A stretch of DNA of 64,000 nucleotides from Tubiluchus corallicola (GCA_030141605.1 JAQGDQ010000171.1:372001-436000), one strand, 5' to 3'. Counted from the first letter of the stretch, positions 1 through 14,300 are shown. Notes: generated from the letters alone by a model not told the origin. Numbers and translations: made by a program.

Positions 1-1009
1 TTTCAGGGCTCTTCGCAGCTAAATCAAGCAGTTATTTTTGTTTATTTCTACCAACTTCTCCACAGCAATTTACTAAAACCAAAACTATTAAATCCGATTT
101 AGTTTCACGAAAATCGCCAACTTTTACTCTAAACCACGAAAATGTTGTTTTAATTTTGACATAATCAAATGTGACACGTTGCCTAACCTAATAAAACAAG
201 CTACAAATATCACCAATCGCATAGCACTTGTAATAACTACCAACTGAGTAAGTATGAAATGCTGTCAAAATATTACTTTGACAGTAAGATAACTACTTAT
301 AGCAACTGTCAAAAAAGATAAACTGTCTCCACTAATTGTGTCTTATTAAAAAAGAGAAAATTTCACTGAAATGTTAAATTTCGTATCTTATATCTAAAGC
401 CTGCCTTCAGGCGGTTAGTTTTTCAAGTACAATATTATCAGACTGTCAGTTTTAATTGTATAAACCGTATTGTATAACATTTAATTGTATACTGTATAGA
501 AACTACTTTGAAACGTATCTTGCTCACTGCAGGAAGCTAACATATTGAGAATAATCTGTATTTTTTGTAAAACGAAGTGTGGTATTGTTATTGTCGTTGA
601 TGTATCATTCTTGGGAAAGCTTATAAAATCTGATAATTCAAAGAATTTTTTCATTGCTACCAAGCACAGCCGTGCTACCAATCTCTAGCACGTTCTGCAA
701 TTATAGTATGTAATTATAATTTGCCAGTTGGGTGAAATCGTTTAAATGGGCAGGAGTTTGAAAAACTAAAGTGCTAGCCCAGTTTATTGTAATGCATATA
801 ATTAAATCAGCCGCTGTGAAAAAACAAACAAATCATTAAAAAAGCGTGCGGACAGTCAAACAGAAAATGAAAGGGAAGAGAAATAAAAGGCTAAAGTTTA
901 CAATTCCCAGCACACAAGCGGATTAGGGTTAGAATTAGGTTTACAAGGATTACAGTTCGTGTACTTAAATTTTGTGGGGAATGTAAACTCCTTCCAAATA
1001 AAATAAGAA

Positions 1010-1215
<206 letters not shown>

Positions 1216-1318
1216 AAGAGCAAGAGAGATGAAACTAACACAAAAGTTCACAGGTGGTAATAAAACAAACCAAATAAACAAAAAAATAATGAGATGATCT
1301 TTGATTCTCATATAACAG

Positions 1319-4300
1319 GTGCAAATCATACCACAAGATGATAACTGGGGAGAGAACACAACTTGCATCACTGGTAACACCTCTGAAGTTGGAGGCTCTT
1401 TTGATGACATCAGCAAACTTCAGGCGGAGTTTGAGAGACATGAGACGTTTCACTGTTCCCAGTTCTTCGGGACGGCATTAGCTGTACTCCTGAGTGGCTT
1501 TGCCTTTGTCACTCCAGTAGGGTTCCTCCTGCTGCCTGAGATTATTACTATTGAAGGATTGGATGAAATTGTGTAAGTAAAATCATTTCATGAAATGGGA
1601 GCAGTAACTCTTGAGTTGTATCTCATACATTTATGAAAGAGCAGTAGCTGAATAACTACTAAATTATGACAGTACTATATGTCTATGTAAGTGGTTTGTT
1701 TAAGAACTTTCCACAACTCAAGTTACAGAAAAAACAAAAATTCAAAACGATGTTGCTCTATTCTACTACCATTCTATGTAACTTTTCTGACGTAGGGCAC
1801 ATGCTAAGCACTTAGTATTGTTCTAGAAATAATGTATATAAGTAATGCATATAATGTATATATTATAATGTATATATAAGTGAATGCTTTAGTTTTGACA
1901 GCTTGTTGGCTTGGTCAAAACATCGCAAATGCTTGTTAAACATACAAGTTTCTGCATGTTGTAAGTAAAATGTGCAAGTATTACTTTGAAAACTATAAAA
2001 TATTTAATGTTTCTGATGTAAACGTTTTGTTTCTGTTTTACAGATGTGATGCAGCATGTGAAGGACTTATTATAAGCATAGCCTTTAAGCTCTTAATACT
2101 TCTAATTGGTGCCTGGGCATTGTTTTTCCGTAAACCTAAATCAACTATGCCTCGTGCATACGTACTTCGTGGCATCGTGCTCGTTTTCACATTCATTTTG
2201 ACGTTCTCTTTTTGGTTGTTCTTTGTTGTGAGAATATTAGCAGGACAAGGATTCAGCTCGTACCAGAAGTCCGAACAAGAATATAGTGACTTTCTCACAG
2301 CCGAAAGTAGTATTGTTGTCGTAGAACCGTCGGGTATGTACTATAAAATTGTGCAATATGCGGCTACATTTGTAGACGTGCTACTCTTTACGTACTATCT
2401 CGCGGTGGTATTATTAGAAATAAGGCATTCGCAGCCTTTGTACACGATAAGAGTTGTACGATCTCCTGATGGAGAAAGACGATCTTACAACATCGGGCAG
2501 CTCAGTGTGCAACGGGCTGCGGCATGGGTGTTAGAGCAATACTACAGAGACTTTCCGATATTCAATCCTTACTTAGAGAATGTGCATTCGCGGGCCAAGT
2601 CGAAAGGTGAAACAACTACGTTCAAGTTTTATGATCTCGATGGCGGTGTAGCGAATAACAGTGTGCAAGGACGTTCCAGAGCTATAATGGCTGCTTCAGC
2701 TCGACGACGAGACATGAGTCACAATGAACGTTTCTATGAGGAGCTGGAGTATGAGCGTAAAGTAAGACGGCGCCGTGCCCGACTAATCAGTGCAGCAGAA
2801 GAATCTTTCACGCATATAAAAAGACTTCACAATGAGCCTGGTAATTTTTTAATTCAGTATTTTGGGCAAGTCCACTTGATCATAAAACACTTAAATATGT
2901 AAAATATTATCATTTAATGGTAACAAAAATGTCGCTTACAGAACATCAAAATGTGTTGGTACAGTGATATATTGACATGTTATTATAATCAAATATGACA
3001 AATAGCAGTAAGATGTTACTCTTTGCTCATATTTGGGGTGCATATACGGATAAATTGAATTGAATTTGGATAACACTTCGGAATTTACACTTCCTTACTG
3101 TTTGCATATGAAACACCAGTATGGATACTCCACCTAATTGTTATATCATATTGAAATACTCTGGATGTTGCTTCTAAATTTGGGCGATAAACTTCTATAC
3201 TTTATTTTTCTATGTTGAATGCAGGCATAGATACATGCATGGCTTATGTGCGTTGACAGCTGTTCTGTGCTGCCATCTGTTGTAAAGTAACTAAAAAACA
3301 CTATTAACACAAAGAACGAACGTAAATACATACCCTAACTTGGGTCTCTGTGGGCAAATAATTCAATGTTACAGTGCTGCCAACTAGAGAATATGGTATA
3401 CAAAAATCTAGACTCGTGGAAACCTTAAAATTAGCAACACTTTACTCCTACTTACTATCTATTTCTGATAAAAAACACCTGAAAGGCGTGGAACTTGGTA
3501 CCAAATTCTAATAAACAATGAACTTCCAATAACAGATGTGAAATGACTTTTTGAAAGCAGAGAAAATTTATGTCAGATTCATGTAGAATCAATGTGATTA
3601 TTTTTATTGGCTCATTGTTAATGCACCCTAATTTAGTTATTTACCAATTAGAATTGGGCACTAATTTACAACATATTGTACAGCCAATGTAAACAAGCAT
3701 GAAAGAATTATTTTTACTGTTCCAGGTCCTGCTATGCCTATGGATCCTCATGAAGCAGCACAAGCAGTTTTTCCATCGCTAGCAAGGGCATTGCAGAAGT
3801 ATTTACGCACAACACGTCAGCAGCCTTATTACACTCTTGAGAGTATTATTGGTAAGTGTGCAAGATAAATTAGCATAATTTGGTCTTTGAGGAATCTGCC
3901 TATTAAACTTCAAAGTGAAACTGGAATGTCATTTATTGAGTTAGGAACAATAAGCCTTTTCACACTTTCGTTGTGCAAGCAGTTGCTGTAGGTCAAAGGT
4001 TGAGTGTACCACAAGAACATGTCTAAATTGCAACAGAGTGATTTACTAGCAGGATCTTACTTGGGAACAAGAAAAAACTAGGTAAGGTTGTAGCTAGCTG
4101 TTAAAACTGTATTACAACAGCATAGGCTGCGAGGCATTGTCAAGTGTACACAAATCGTTGCCTGGTACACTTGACCTTTGACCTTTTCAGGATCATCATC
4201 AATTGTTGGAACTGCAAAAGGCTTATTCACTACTACTGGTTTTATTTTCAGATCATCTAGCCATTTGCATTAGTCATGACATGTCTCCGAAGGCATTCCT

Positions 4301-4553
4301 AGAGCGCTACCTCCATCCGACAGCTGGTATCTTTAATAACAGGGATTATCGCAGAATCCAAACATGGGCCCTTGTGTGTGACATGGCGCCAAACTCGGCA
4401 ATGGCCGATGGACACGTGTTCCAGTTAAAAAATGGTGATGTTGGTCTCCTGATTGAGGTTCGAAGGATGCCACATTACAATATCACAGAGGAAGTGATCG
4501 ATCCCAAGAATAACAAGTTTATTCTCCGACTGAATTCTGAAACTTCAGTTTAA
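1319..4553 (+). CDS. Vang: Van Gogh/Strabismus planar cell polarity protein, 5'-partial (N-terminal exon(s) not found in the window)
   Basis: Exons 1319-1572, 2044-2840, 3726-3851 and 4252-4553, all AG/GT-bounded with consistent phases. Motifs: [14 protein letters not shown], four TM helices, [66 protein letters not shown], and C-terminal PDZ ligand RLNSETSV*. Confidence 0.97.
3949..4227. mobile_element. MITE family A, copy 1 (last Vang intron)
   Basis: TIRs AATAAGCCTTTT / AAAAGGCTTATT, plus an internal inverted repeat GGTCAAAGGTTGAGTGTACCA / TGGTACACTTGACCTTTGACC. Three further copies occur in the window. Confidence 0.8.
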
Positions 4554-4911
4554 ACACATGCAAAGAAAAACTCATCATTTGATCTGCAGATTTAACAAAC
4601 ATGTACAATTGTAGATAGTTATAACCAGTTATAAAGCATAAGTTATTTTAAGTGCCAGACTGTCCAAATCAAAAGTTTCATAATTCTCACATTATTACTA
4701 GCTTTTAGTAAGCAACAATTGCTTTTATTATGATCTCATTTACAAATTGAATTAAATTGTTTCCATGAAATCCCCTTTCACATGACTGTCAGGAAATTAA
4801 AACAAATTAACTAAAGTACCAGTGAAATTAATGAAAGGTCAAGTAAAAATAACAAAGCAGAGAAATCATGGAAAAGGTGGCGTTCTTGCTGATTTATTCA
4901 CTGTTAAAACG

Positions 4912-5542
4912 CAGAGGCGTAGCAAGGTACGACAGGGGGCAATCGCCATTGGGTGAAACGATGCAAAATTCTTCTACAGCTCTTCGACTGTTAATTATTA
5001 ATAACCAATCTGACATTAACAAAACAATTAACAAAAGTTTTCAAACTACGACAAAATTGCCTAGCTCATCGTAGCTGACTTAATTACTGCATAAACCTTA
5101 GAGAAAGGGTTAATGCTGGTACTTAACTGTGTGTATAAGGTATCGTGTGGCTTAGCAGATCGATAATTTTGGGAGAAACAGTGGCGTTTCTCTAAATGCC
5201 GATTGTATCATTATGAAAAGCTGCAGTATTCTATATCTTTCATAATCTTTGCATGTTTTAATGCTGGAGCTGAATGTTTAAGAAATGTTGTGTTATGAGC
5301 AACTTATGCACAGAAGAGTTATTCTGGTGCAGTACCACAAATCAAACTCAGGGTGATTCTTAGAAAAAAATTGTTTATTTTATCCCATTATGTCGAAAAA
5401 GGAAAACTGGGCACACGGATGCAAAAAACACGCACAATTTGTGGCTTCACTCACGAAACAAATGATCAAAACATTAAAAGGGTAGCTAGGCGTTAGAGGT
5501 TTTTTTTACCCCCGGGCGCCACAAGCACTTGCTACGTCACTG
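4912..5542. mobile_element. hAT-like MITE downstream of the Vang stop (probable 3' UTR)
   Basis: TIRs CAGAGGCGTAGCAAG / CTTGCTACGTCACTG, with a degenerate 8-bp TSD TTAAAACG/TTGAAATG. Confidence 0.65.
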
Positions 5543-6679
5543 TTGAAATGCCTTCACCTGTTTTAAAAATCTTACGAAATACCACTTTTTGTCACAAATA
5601 TAATCACTCCACAAACTTATTGTTTGTTTGTTTACTGAAACAAGTCTTCTGAATAATATACTTTGTTTTTTACTTTTTTATTCTTTCCATTGGTGATGTT
5701 GCAAACTGTTTACACAGTAAAGCTTTACCTGTTTGTTTAACTGTTATTGTAAGCAGTTTTCCTCAGATAAACATTTTTTCTTTACAAAAAAGTTTAACAA
5801 AGTTCTGTTCATTTAATTATTTTTAATATATACATGTTCAAACTTATCTTAATGTAAACTTGCTACCAATCAATATTGAAGAGTTTTTAATAAATGTATA
5901 TAGGTTAGACTTGTAGTTAGTGTTTTATTTGTAGTTCGTGATTTAAATCGTGTTGTGTTCACCCATTTACTTCTTTATTTAAATTCGCAGTAATCAACAT
6001 TACTTGTTTGGCAAATATGATGTAGCATTGTTCTCTGTCAGTTTGGTTGTCTTTTACTTGCATGCAAAAATTTCCTTCTGATTTATATTCAGTTACAAAC
6101 AATATATCCAGAAAAGGATACTCCAGCTGTTTCCCCATCTTTAAACCAGTTATTAGTCTATAGTGTCCTGTGCTGCTTTCTTCTTTAATTTATTCTTTAA
6201 ATATAGTTACTTAAAGATTTGTATATTTTGTTTTAGCCACAATCAGTGCAATATCTCAATGAATATGTAAAAAGTAGTTCCCTATAAAAAAGTTTACATA
6301 AATGTACATATTACTACGGTTCCTATGTAGATGTATTGTGTATCAGTATGCACTCTACCCATGTTTAATAAAATCTAAAGGTGCCAAAAATAATAAATGT
6401 GTTAACTAATTGTAACTTTTGTATTATATTAGTGGCTCCCACCACAAAGTCCATTTGCTTTTAATACAATTCTATATTAACATCCAGTAACATCGTAAAT
6501 GATGTGCAAATAAGATGACAAGAGGTCACAAGTCCCAACCTGCCTTCTAAGAAGTCATATCATGAAGTGTGATTTGGCATAAGTTCTGTCAAAAACCAAC
6601 TGTTTTCTCCGTCTTAATAATTTTCTGTGTACACTTTTTTGGCCAAATAGCAAAAATCAGTGAATAACAGATATTGTGT

Positions 6680-6824
6680 GATTTCTACTTGCTGGTCCTA
6701 TTTTTAAAAACTAATGTAAACAGTGTCACAGCACTGTGCAGCGAAGCACAGTTGCGATTTCCACTTGCTGGTCCTATTTTTAAAAACTTATGTAAACAGT
6801 GTCACAGCACTGCAGCGAAGCACA
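6680..6824. repeat. Tandem duplication of about 76 bp
   Basis: Two copies of GATTTC.ACTTGCTGGTCCTATTTTTAAAAACT.ATGTAAACAGTGTCACAGCACTG..CAGCGAAGCACA. Confidence 0.85.
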
Positions 6825-7805
6825 ATTTGAAATGTCTAATGCGCCTCGAAATAATACAGGAACATGAAATTCCAGAAATTATCACATGGTAAAAACGTCA
6901 GAGCCATACGACGGTAATTGAGAGAGACCGATTTTGAGAATTTTCGAAGGTTTGAAACTAGCAGATGAGTTTTCACACAAACTGCTTAGAATATAGCCAA
7001 TGGCTGTTCGAGGTAATGATTTTGCAAAGTTTACCTGTTACTTATTCTCTCAGTAAACATGCGGCACATACGTAACTGGCATGGTACGTAACAGCCTACA
7101 TACTAAAGGAAGTAGAAAAAGATCACAGTTCTTTAGAGGTAAAACCAGATGTGGAATGTCGAGCTCTGTAAATTGTCAAATGATACTCCAATATGAAGCG
7201 AGACTTTGCAAGTACAATGTCATCGTAAACATGAAAACTGCCTCTCGAAATACCAAATAATTAAAATCTACAAAATCTGGTCAGGTGCAAGTATCTGATG
7301 CCTTTTTTTATTTAAAAAGGTACAATTATGTATTGATAATACACATTAGCAACACAAAAGTATTGTGTATTGTTGAATACATCATTTGGGTTTGTGCCAG
7401 TGAAAGAGCCAGTTTTTAATGAACTTTACTTCCAAGTGGCAATTACTATATGATGAGTATGCAACAGAAGTTGGTTGTTCAGAAAATGGGAGCCTCTGTC
7501 CGAAAGCTTGAGTCATTGGATGCATGTACAACTTGTGCTGACTACGCCGCTTAATGTTAACCAGCAAAAAAATGAAAAATACAAAACACAATTTTTTAAT
7601 TAAATAATCTGTTACGCCATTTATCATTTACACTAGTGCTGACTGACATGCGTACAACTTTTCACTAAGTAAAGAGATTTCTAGTTTTTCCTGCCTGCTC
7701 TCAACAGAAATGGCATCATTTCATGTGAAATTAACAAGCTGGCAAACTACACGGTTTCAAAACAGTGAACATTACAAATCAACATATTAATAAGACCTAA
7801 ATTTA

Positions 7806-10800
7806 CTATGCATCATAGCCAATAAAATGTCGTCTACCAATGATTTCTCCGACGAAAAACCAACACAGTACCTCCACAGTAACTAGAGTATTTCTCCATC
7901 CTTCCTGCAATACAGTTAAATCAACATTAGATATAGATAGGCTCAGTTATTACACACAAAAAACAGGAACATAAATCCATACTTATCGGAGATCCGGAAT
8001 TACATATGCATTATTGTATGATTATATACAAACATCACTTTATACTGCTTTTAATGTTTCCATTTATCAGACTTGCATTACTGTGTGTTGGACTCTGCAG
8101 CCTATGTAAAAAACCGAAAGTTCCCCCCAACTTAAATTATTATTATCATGATATTACAGGTGATGGGTTGCAGCTCGATGACTTCAGGACTTGTTCTGGT
8201 AGGCTAACACTTTGTCATCTCACAAAACTCATGTATGAGACCAATAAACTAATTCAGTTCAATTCAATAGCAATCTTTCGAAAAGGACTTATGGAAAAAG
8301 ACATGCTTTTTACTTGTTTAAATAGTACTAGTATGCATCCTGTTGCATGCGTCTAGTAAGACAGATAGATAGACGTCTGTAAAAAAGGCTTAATGCAGCT
8401 ACTAACGCAAAATACAAATAGGCCGATTTGTTTTCGGGTTTTAGCGGCAAATCATCACTGATGATCAGACAAGGGAGAACAACAAAAGTGAAAAAACACT
8501 CAGAAAGAGGGCAACAAACCAAAGGGCTCCTCGACATAAGATAATTAGAATTGTCTAGAAATAGTGCAAAAATTTTATACCTTAACAGTTAAGTTGCGCC
8601 ATTTTTGTGTTCGCCATGCCATGACAAGATCCTGGAAGCCTTGTTGCACTTGAGGAAATTCCTGGGGACTTGGCGGGCGCATTTCTACTCTCGCATATTG
8701 CCAAAATGTTTGCAATTTCGGTTTAGCTGCAGCTTGCGTCTCTGGAAGAAATTTAATAAACAGAAAATCTGAAAATGCATCGTATATATCTACAAACCTT
8801 CATAAACTAATCAACCATCTCAAATCCTATTTAGGTGTAGGTTTTCGTGCTTTCTTTCAAATTTAATCTGAAGATAACAGTACAGACAAGAATCACAAAA
8901 GATAATGTATATACACTGTACACACTACATACTCACATGCCTTAGCAGGATGACAGGAATTTGTCAAAAATAGAATGCTAAGCTAGGGATGTACTCAAGT
9001 ACTAGGGATGTCAGAAATTTGAAATTATCTAAATGTATAATCAGGATCTCATTTTCTGACAATTCTTGAATCTCGATAAAATCTAAATCTCCGTTTAAAA
9101 TAATTTTTGAAGATGTATCTCGATTTTTAGGTTATTCTGTAGGTTTTTCAAACACGATTTGCCTAAATTTTCAATCAAATTATAGGCAGATTAATAGACA
9201 GCAGTGATTTCAACCAGGAAAAATTATGGATGACACTATCTGAATAGACAATCAATAGTAATTCTGCAATAATTTTTATTGCATCAGCATCTGCTGGTCC
9301 GTGATCATTAATATCAAACTTACTATTGCTGGCATTGATCACCCATAGCTTATTTTGGCTCTATAATACACCCTTAGGCTAGTAATACCCGTAAGACTCT
9401 GAGGCAACAGAACAAACTAGAATTCAACGCATTAAATATTTATTAAGATGATACCCAAAAACGCTTATTTAAGTATTAACCATTTCGTGACACCAATAAT
9501 GGAATTACACGTCTTCATAATAATATTGAGAAGACATAACCACAATAAACATAAATCATACACATAAAATGGTATAATTTAACACCAAACGGCAAACTCG
9601 TTTGTCCGTCTTTTGCAAAACTTGCCTCCAAAGTGAGGTCAATCCCACGTGCCTGAAAGAGGATAATTTAACCGAAAAATTTGTTTAATCGTTTAATTGA
9701 TTTCGGACAGCCACCGTGGATTCTGAGTTTCAGAGCAAATTGCCAGATCTTAAATATTATGGTTGTCTTTTTTAATTAAACTTCTGTGAGTGCTTGTTGC
9801 TCTTAACACCATAAATTTTGCTTGTGTTTTACATTTCCTGTCTCTCAAGTTTGGTGTCAGAATTTAATTAATTCTGGATTTCTAACATCATTAATAGTAA
9901 TCTTGACATTAAAGGAAAACTGGACGACTGTGTAGGCATTAGTTGAAAATAAAGTATGCTCTAAAATACTGAAAACTACAACAACTTTCTTAAATCAAAG
10001 TTCAGGTTAAATAATGATTACCTCGGCTAGTTAAATTTTGTTGAACTTTCAATGCTACGCGCGGCTCAGCGAATCCACTAACACTGGCAATGGCACCTTT
10101 TGTCACATTCGCGTGGCCGACAAATAGGCGTGATAAGCATGATCATGAACTTGAGTGTTCGTCTGTGGCGTCAGTGTGACAAACTCATTTCGTGACATCA
10201 CATCAGCATCTTATAGCAATCTTCGCTTACGCAAACGTGCTTGATGGGCAGGGAAGATGGCTACTCTGAATTGTACAAACTGTGGTTAGTTTGTAAGGGA
10301 AGCATTAACTGTGTTAGGTAGCTGTTAACTAACTTTTCTAAGGTAAATATTCAGATGTTAGACACAACTGCTAACTTTTATCGGCAAAAAAATGTATATT
10401 TTGGGCAGTAAATTAAAATGAGATTGAATCTAATCAATCGTCCAGTTTTCTTTTAATATATCTATGCAGACCATCAATATTTCATACTTTCAATTTCATG
10501 TACATAAGAAGCACATTACACTGCATTTCAAAATTTATTTTTGTTGCCATGTTAGTAGAGGGTTTGCTATTTCATTGAGACAAATTTTATAAACTAATTG
10601 ACATTCTGATTCCCATTTGCTTTCCCAATGGGATCTCACTGGGAAAGCAAATAAACGAAATAGGTTGCCGCATGTAAATAACTTAATTATAACAATATGC
10701 TAAACATTTCAAAACTATTTTATTCGCCTATGACAAAATTTAACAAGCCTCGTTACAATAACGCCAACTTTTACGGCCCCAAAGTAGGCGGTATAAAAAT

Positions 10801-10952
10801 GGTTGGATTGTAACTTATATCTTCGTACAAAAAATATATGCAAACTTGACAAGAAACAATCAAAGACATATAAAGGTTCTTAGCTACTTACTCTGCAGCA
10901 AAACCGGTGTAGATGCAATTAATTTTTGCACCTTTTGCACAACCTTCGCCAT
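7806..10952 (-). CDS. ATP5MG: Mitochondrial ATP synthase F0 subunit g (ATP5MG/ATP5L), 106 aa, 3 exons
   Basis: Exons 10952-10892 (MAKVVQKVQKLIASTPVLLQ), 8741-8581 (PKLQTFWQYARVEMRPPSPQEFP...WRNLTVK) and 7904-7806 (EGWRNTLVTVEVLCWFFVGEIIGRRHFIGYDA*). GT-AG sites are in phase. The PP.P.E.P and WFxxGEIIG motifs are diagnostic. Confidence 0.96.
9003..9893. mobile_element. hAT-like non-autonomous element in ATP5MG intron 1
   Basis: Imperfect TIRs TAGGGATGTCAGAAAT / ATTTCTAACATCATTA. No clear TSD. Confidence 0.45.
9909..10456. mobile_element. Kolobok-like MITE (TTAA target) in ATP5MG intron 1
   Basis: Near-perfect TIRs TTAAAGGAAAACTGGACGA / TCGTCCAGTTTTCTTTTAA, with TTAA at both ends. Confidence 0.7.
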
Positions 10953-11315
10953 TTTGGACCTAAGGCGCAAAAGAGGGAAAGTTGAAATGCTTGATAGGTG
11001 CCGCTGATGGCACTTCGTCGTCGTCATAACAACGGCAACAGCAAAGAGCCACCTGTAACCACTACGATAATGAACTGAAGAGGTGAATACGCGCATACAG
11101 GTACTTCAAAATTTCACAAACAAAGTCTTTTGATTTTTTCTTTCATTACGTTTTCAAGAATGGCCTTGTTACGTTACATTTACTCAATCACGTTTGTGGC
11201 TTGTTTTCAGAAATCATGTTTAGTCTTTACTTGCGTAAGTGTATAATAACTCTCTATACGCTGCGGTTTCGTTTTTATTTTTAACTTTGTTTTTTATTAT
11301 AGGTAAGCAGCTTTC
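10953..11315. promoter_or_regulatory. Putative bidirectional promoter between ATP5MG and the C2orf81-like gene, containing an RFX X-box-like site (11020-11033)
   Basis: The divergent ATGs are 363 bp apart and the region is locally richer in CpG. GTCGTCATAACAAC matches the consensus RTHNYYWTRRNRAC. A pyrimidine tract CTTTCCCTCTTTT lies just upstream of the ATP5MG ATG on the - strand. Confidence 0.55.
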
Positions 11316-14300
11316 ATGCATAGAACTGGAACTTCCGGAAGTTCAGGTGGAAGACGTCCACCAAAAGTTAGTGTAGGAAATGTGCCAAACATACCTGCTA
11401 CTGAAAAACCAAGCACACCGTCTGAAAAAGTAGTTGGACATCTAAAAGAAAGTCAATGGTAAAATTGTATACATTATTACATTCAAAGTGCTCTTACTCG
11501 TTTTGCTATTTTTGTTTGTCTTCTAACAGACATGTTACGAATCTAATTAAGTGAACGTATTATAGTAGCTTTTTTTCTAACACAGTAATGGTTGTAACTT
11601 GTATGTCTCTTAATTCAAATTTGTGTTCAATAAAATATAACAAACTGATTAACTCACTGGCTCTCTGACTTATTTATTTGTAGTTTTATTTCTAACAAAA
11701 GCTGCATAAATTCCCAGATAAACATTTGCAGGGCTAACTTAGCAAAACGAGAAGATGAGTTCGAGTTTGTTTTATCACTTATCGATGAAATTTGCGACAA
11801 CGCTTGGGACATCATTTTTGCAAACTACATACAACAGCAGATTTATCCTTTTGCTGTGTTGGAAGCAAGATCATGGATAATAGAACTTATCTATGTAAGA
11901 TCTACAGAAAATATCATAGTTGTTGGTAAATAAAGTACAAAGAAGACTTAGTGTCAGCTTATTTTAGCATTATTACTGTGACATTTAGTTTTTTGTTGTT
12001 GAATTTTGATAAAAATTATATTCACTGTTTTCTTTATAAGCACAAACTATCATAACTCTTTTTCCATCCAGTAAAATTTACCTTATAATTTTGCGATGGG
12101 TCGTTGTAGACAGATATTTGAGCTCCTAACCTGATATAGGGATGTTAACCATAATGCTACGTATCGATACAAAAAATTTGATCGTTATCATCGATAATAT
12201 TCTGGGAATATCATTATCGTATCGAATTTGGTACGTATTGTTGCTTATCGCATACCTTTAGAAAATTGCTTCACTTTTCTTTTCTATTTATTTACATTAA
12301 TGCATAGAATTGGATGAAAAGAAATATCTAAAATTATGAGCTTGTCAGATGCCAAATCATTTTCTTGTACTTTCACTTGGCAATAAAGGCCATCTTAATT
12401 CTGAATTATAGTGACTGACGCGTGGATATCAAATACACTTTACCATATGATATCGTATCGCCAAATCTGCGTCATTTAGTATCCCTAACTTGACATATCT
12501 CAAGCCCACTTCTAGTCATGTACACATTTCATCATTTTGAATGATTTCTAACCTTACAATTTTCTCATGGTCTTTGCTTTTCATTTTATCAGAGAAATTA
12601 TTTGCTGATGGATGAAGGTGAAACAGATTTGGAAAACGATCAGTCGTGGAAATTTGATGAAGGTAATTCAAGTACTTTAATTAACAACATTTAAAAAAAT
12701 ATCTATATTCAATTCTATTAATTAATCTTAGGTAATATTAAGTAAAGCTGACATCTGTTAAAACTGCAGCACACGACTCTTGTTAATTTGTTATACGGTT
12801 TACAAACAGTGCCATACAAGCAGAAATCCAGCACTCGGTAGCCGAGTTGATTTAACGTAGATGGCTCAAGGTGCAGCGGGACAAAAAATTTGTGTATTGT
12901 AGAATTCCTCAAGTGAGAGGTTTGACTGAAAAAATGAGATTTCTGAGCAGTTGTTCTGCGTCCAATACTGCCCCGGAAAAAACATGAGAAGCAGCAGCTA
13001 AATAAGTTTAATGGCAAACTTTTAGCATTAAGGGACCACTGATCAGATCGAATTCTACAGAGCATCTTCCATTAAAGTAATCATAATTTGCTTGCTTGCA
13101 TAGTAAAATCATCCACATGTCAGCAATTAAACTTTTCTGGTCATTCACGTATAGTAATCTCTATTTCATGAGGATCATTTTGATGCCAAGCTCATCGCTC
13201 TATTTCTAAACTGAGATAATCCACATTGAAGTTGAGGTGCAGACTGAGCACTAAAAACATAAGCTTAAGAAAATCACTGTTAAAGTTAGCCATTGTTTTT
13301 TGTCTCATTTCTACAAAACACTTAGCAACCGCACAAATGTTGGTTGCTACGAAATTTGCAAGAGCACATTGAAGTTATGTTTAAATCCAGTAGATCGTTC
13401 TTCCTGACGAAAATCTGGGCTTCCTGAGAAAAACCCCAAAACAAAATGACAACTACCACAAGCTACTATCGGAGTTTGAAAATACAAGTTTTTTGCAACT
13501 GTAGTACTAGTTTCTAGCGGATGGATACAAGGTTATAAAATTAGATTTTTTGGTATTTCTTGAACATTTTCTTGATAATTTGATGTTAGAATATATTTAG
13601 CATTTGTTTTTATAAAAAAACAAAAATTGACATTTTACCAAATTTTTGGTTCATTCTGCATTGAAGCATAATAACATAGTTTTAACTATGCCAACTTATG
13701 GATGGTTTTGCTTTACAAGAACACGTTTAGGTATAATGTAGCAATAGACCTTTGATAAACAAGGATTTCCAGGGGTAACCCCAAATCAAATCCAACAAGA
13801 TTTTTAAGTAACAAGATGAGTCTCTGATGTGTATTAGCCTTTTTTCGATGCGAATATATCTGTACGTCCTCCCTCAGATTAGCAGTAGGTGGAAGCATTT
13901 GGCATAACTGTCAGTCCATTTGCTAGCTGCACTCAGTAATGCCTAACTTTGCAGCTAAGTAAGGAATCACCTAGCAACTAGCTTGATATTTTTAGTAAAG
14001 CACAATATGGCACCTGCCAAATCACAGATGCTGTAAAACACTTTGATATGTTATTAAGGTGCCGCACATGTATGCCACCCATTGACAAGAACAGTGAAGT
14101 GCAGTTTTCAAACTCCATCTTGTTAAATTTCTGTTTTTTGTGTGCGTTCTGGCATAAATAACTCGAGAGGCCATCTATTGCACAAAACATAAATCAGTAT
14201 AAGGACATGCAAACTTTGATATTTTCTTATAACTTCACTTAGAGCCTGAATCTATACCACTTGATTCCTGGTCTGAAGGTGTGGTACCTGTAAAGCATGT

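Noticed and set aside
7460-7551. ATGATGA...CTGA C/D snoRNA candidate
   Set aside because: It is intergenic, has no terminal stem, and I could not identify an antisense element.
10022-10266. Hairpin-forming segment (TTTGTCACA...TGTGACAAA) with C/D-box-like words, considered as an intronic snoRNA or other ncRNA
   Set aside because: It lies inside a TIR-bounded Kolobok-like MITE (9909-10456). There is no canonical box C with terminal stem and no recognisable rRNA guide.
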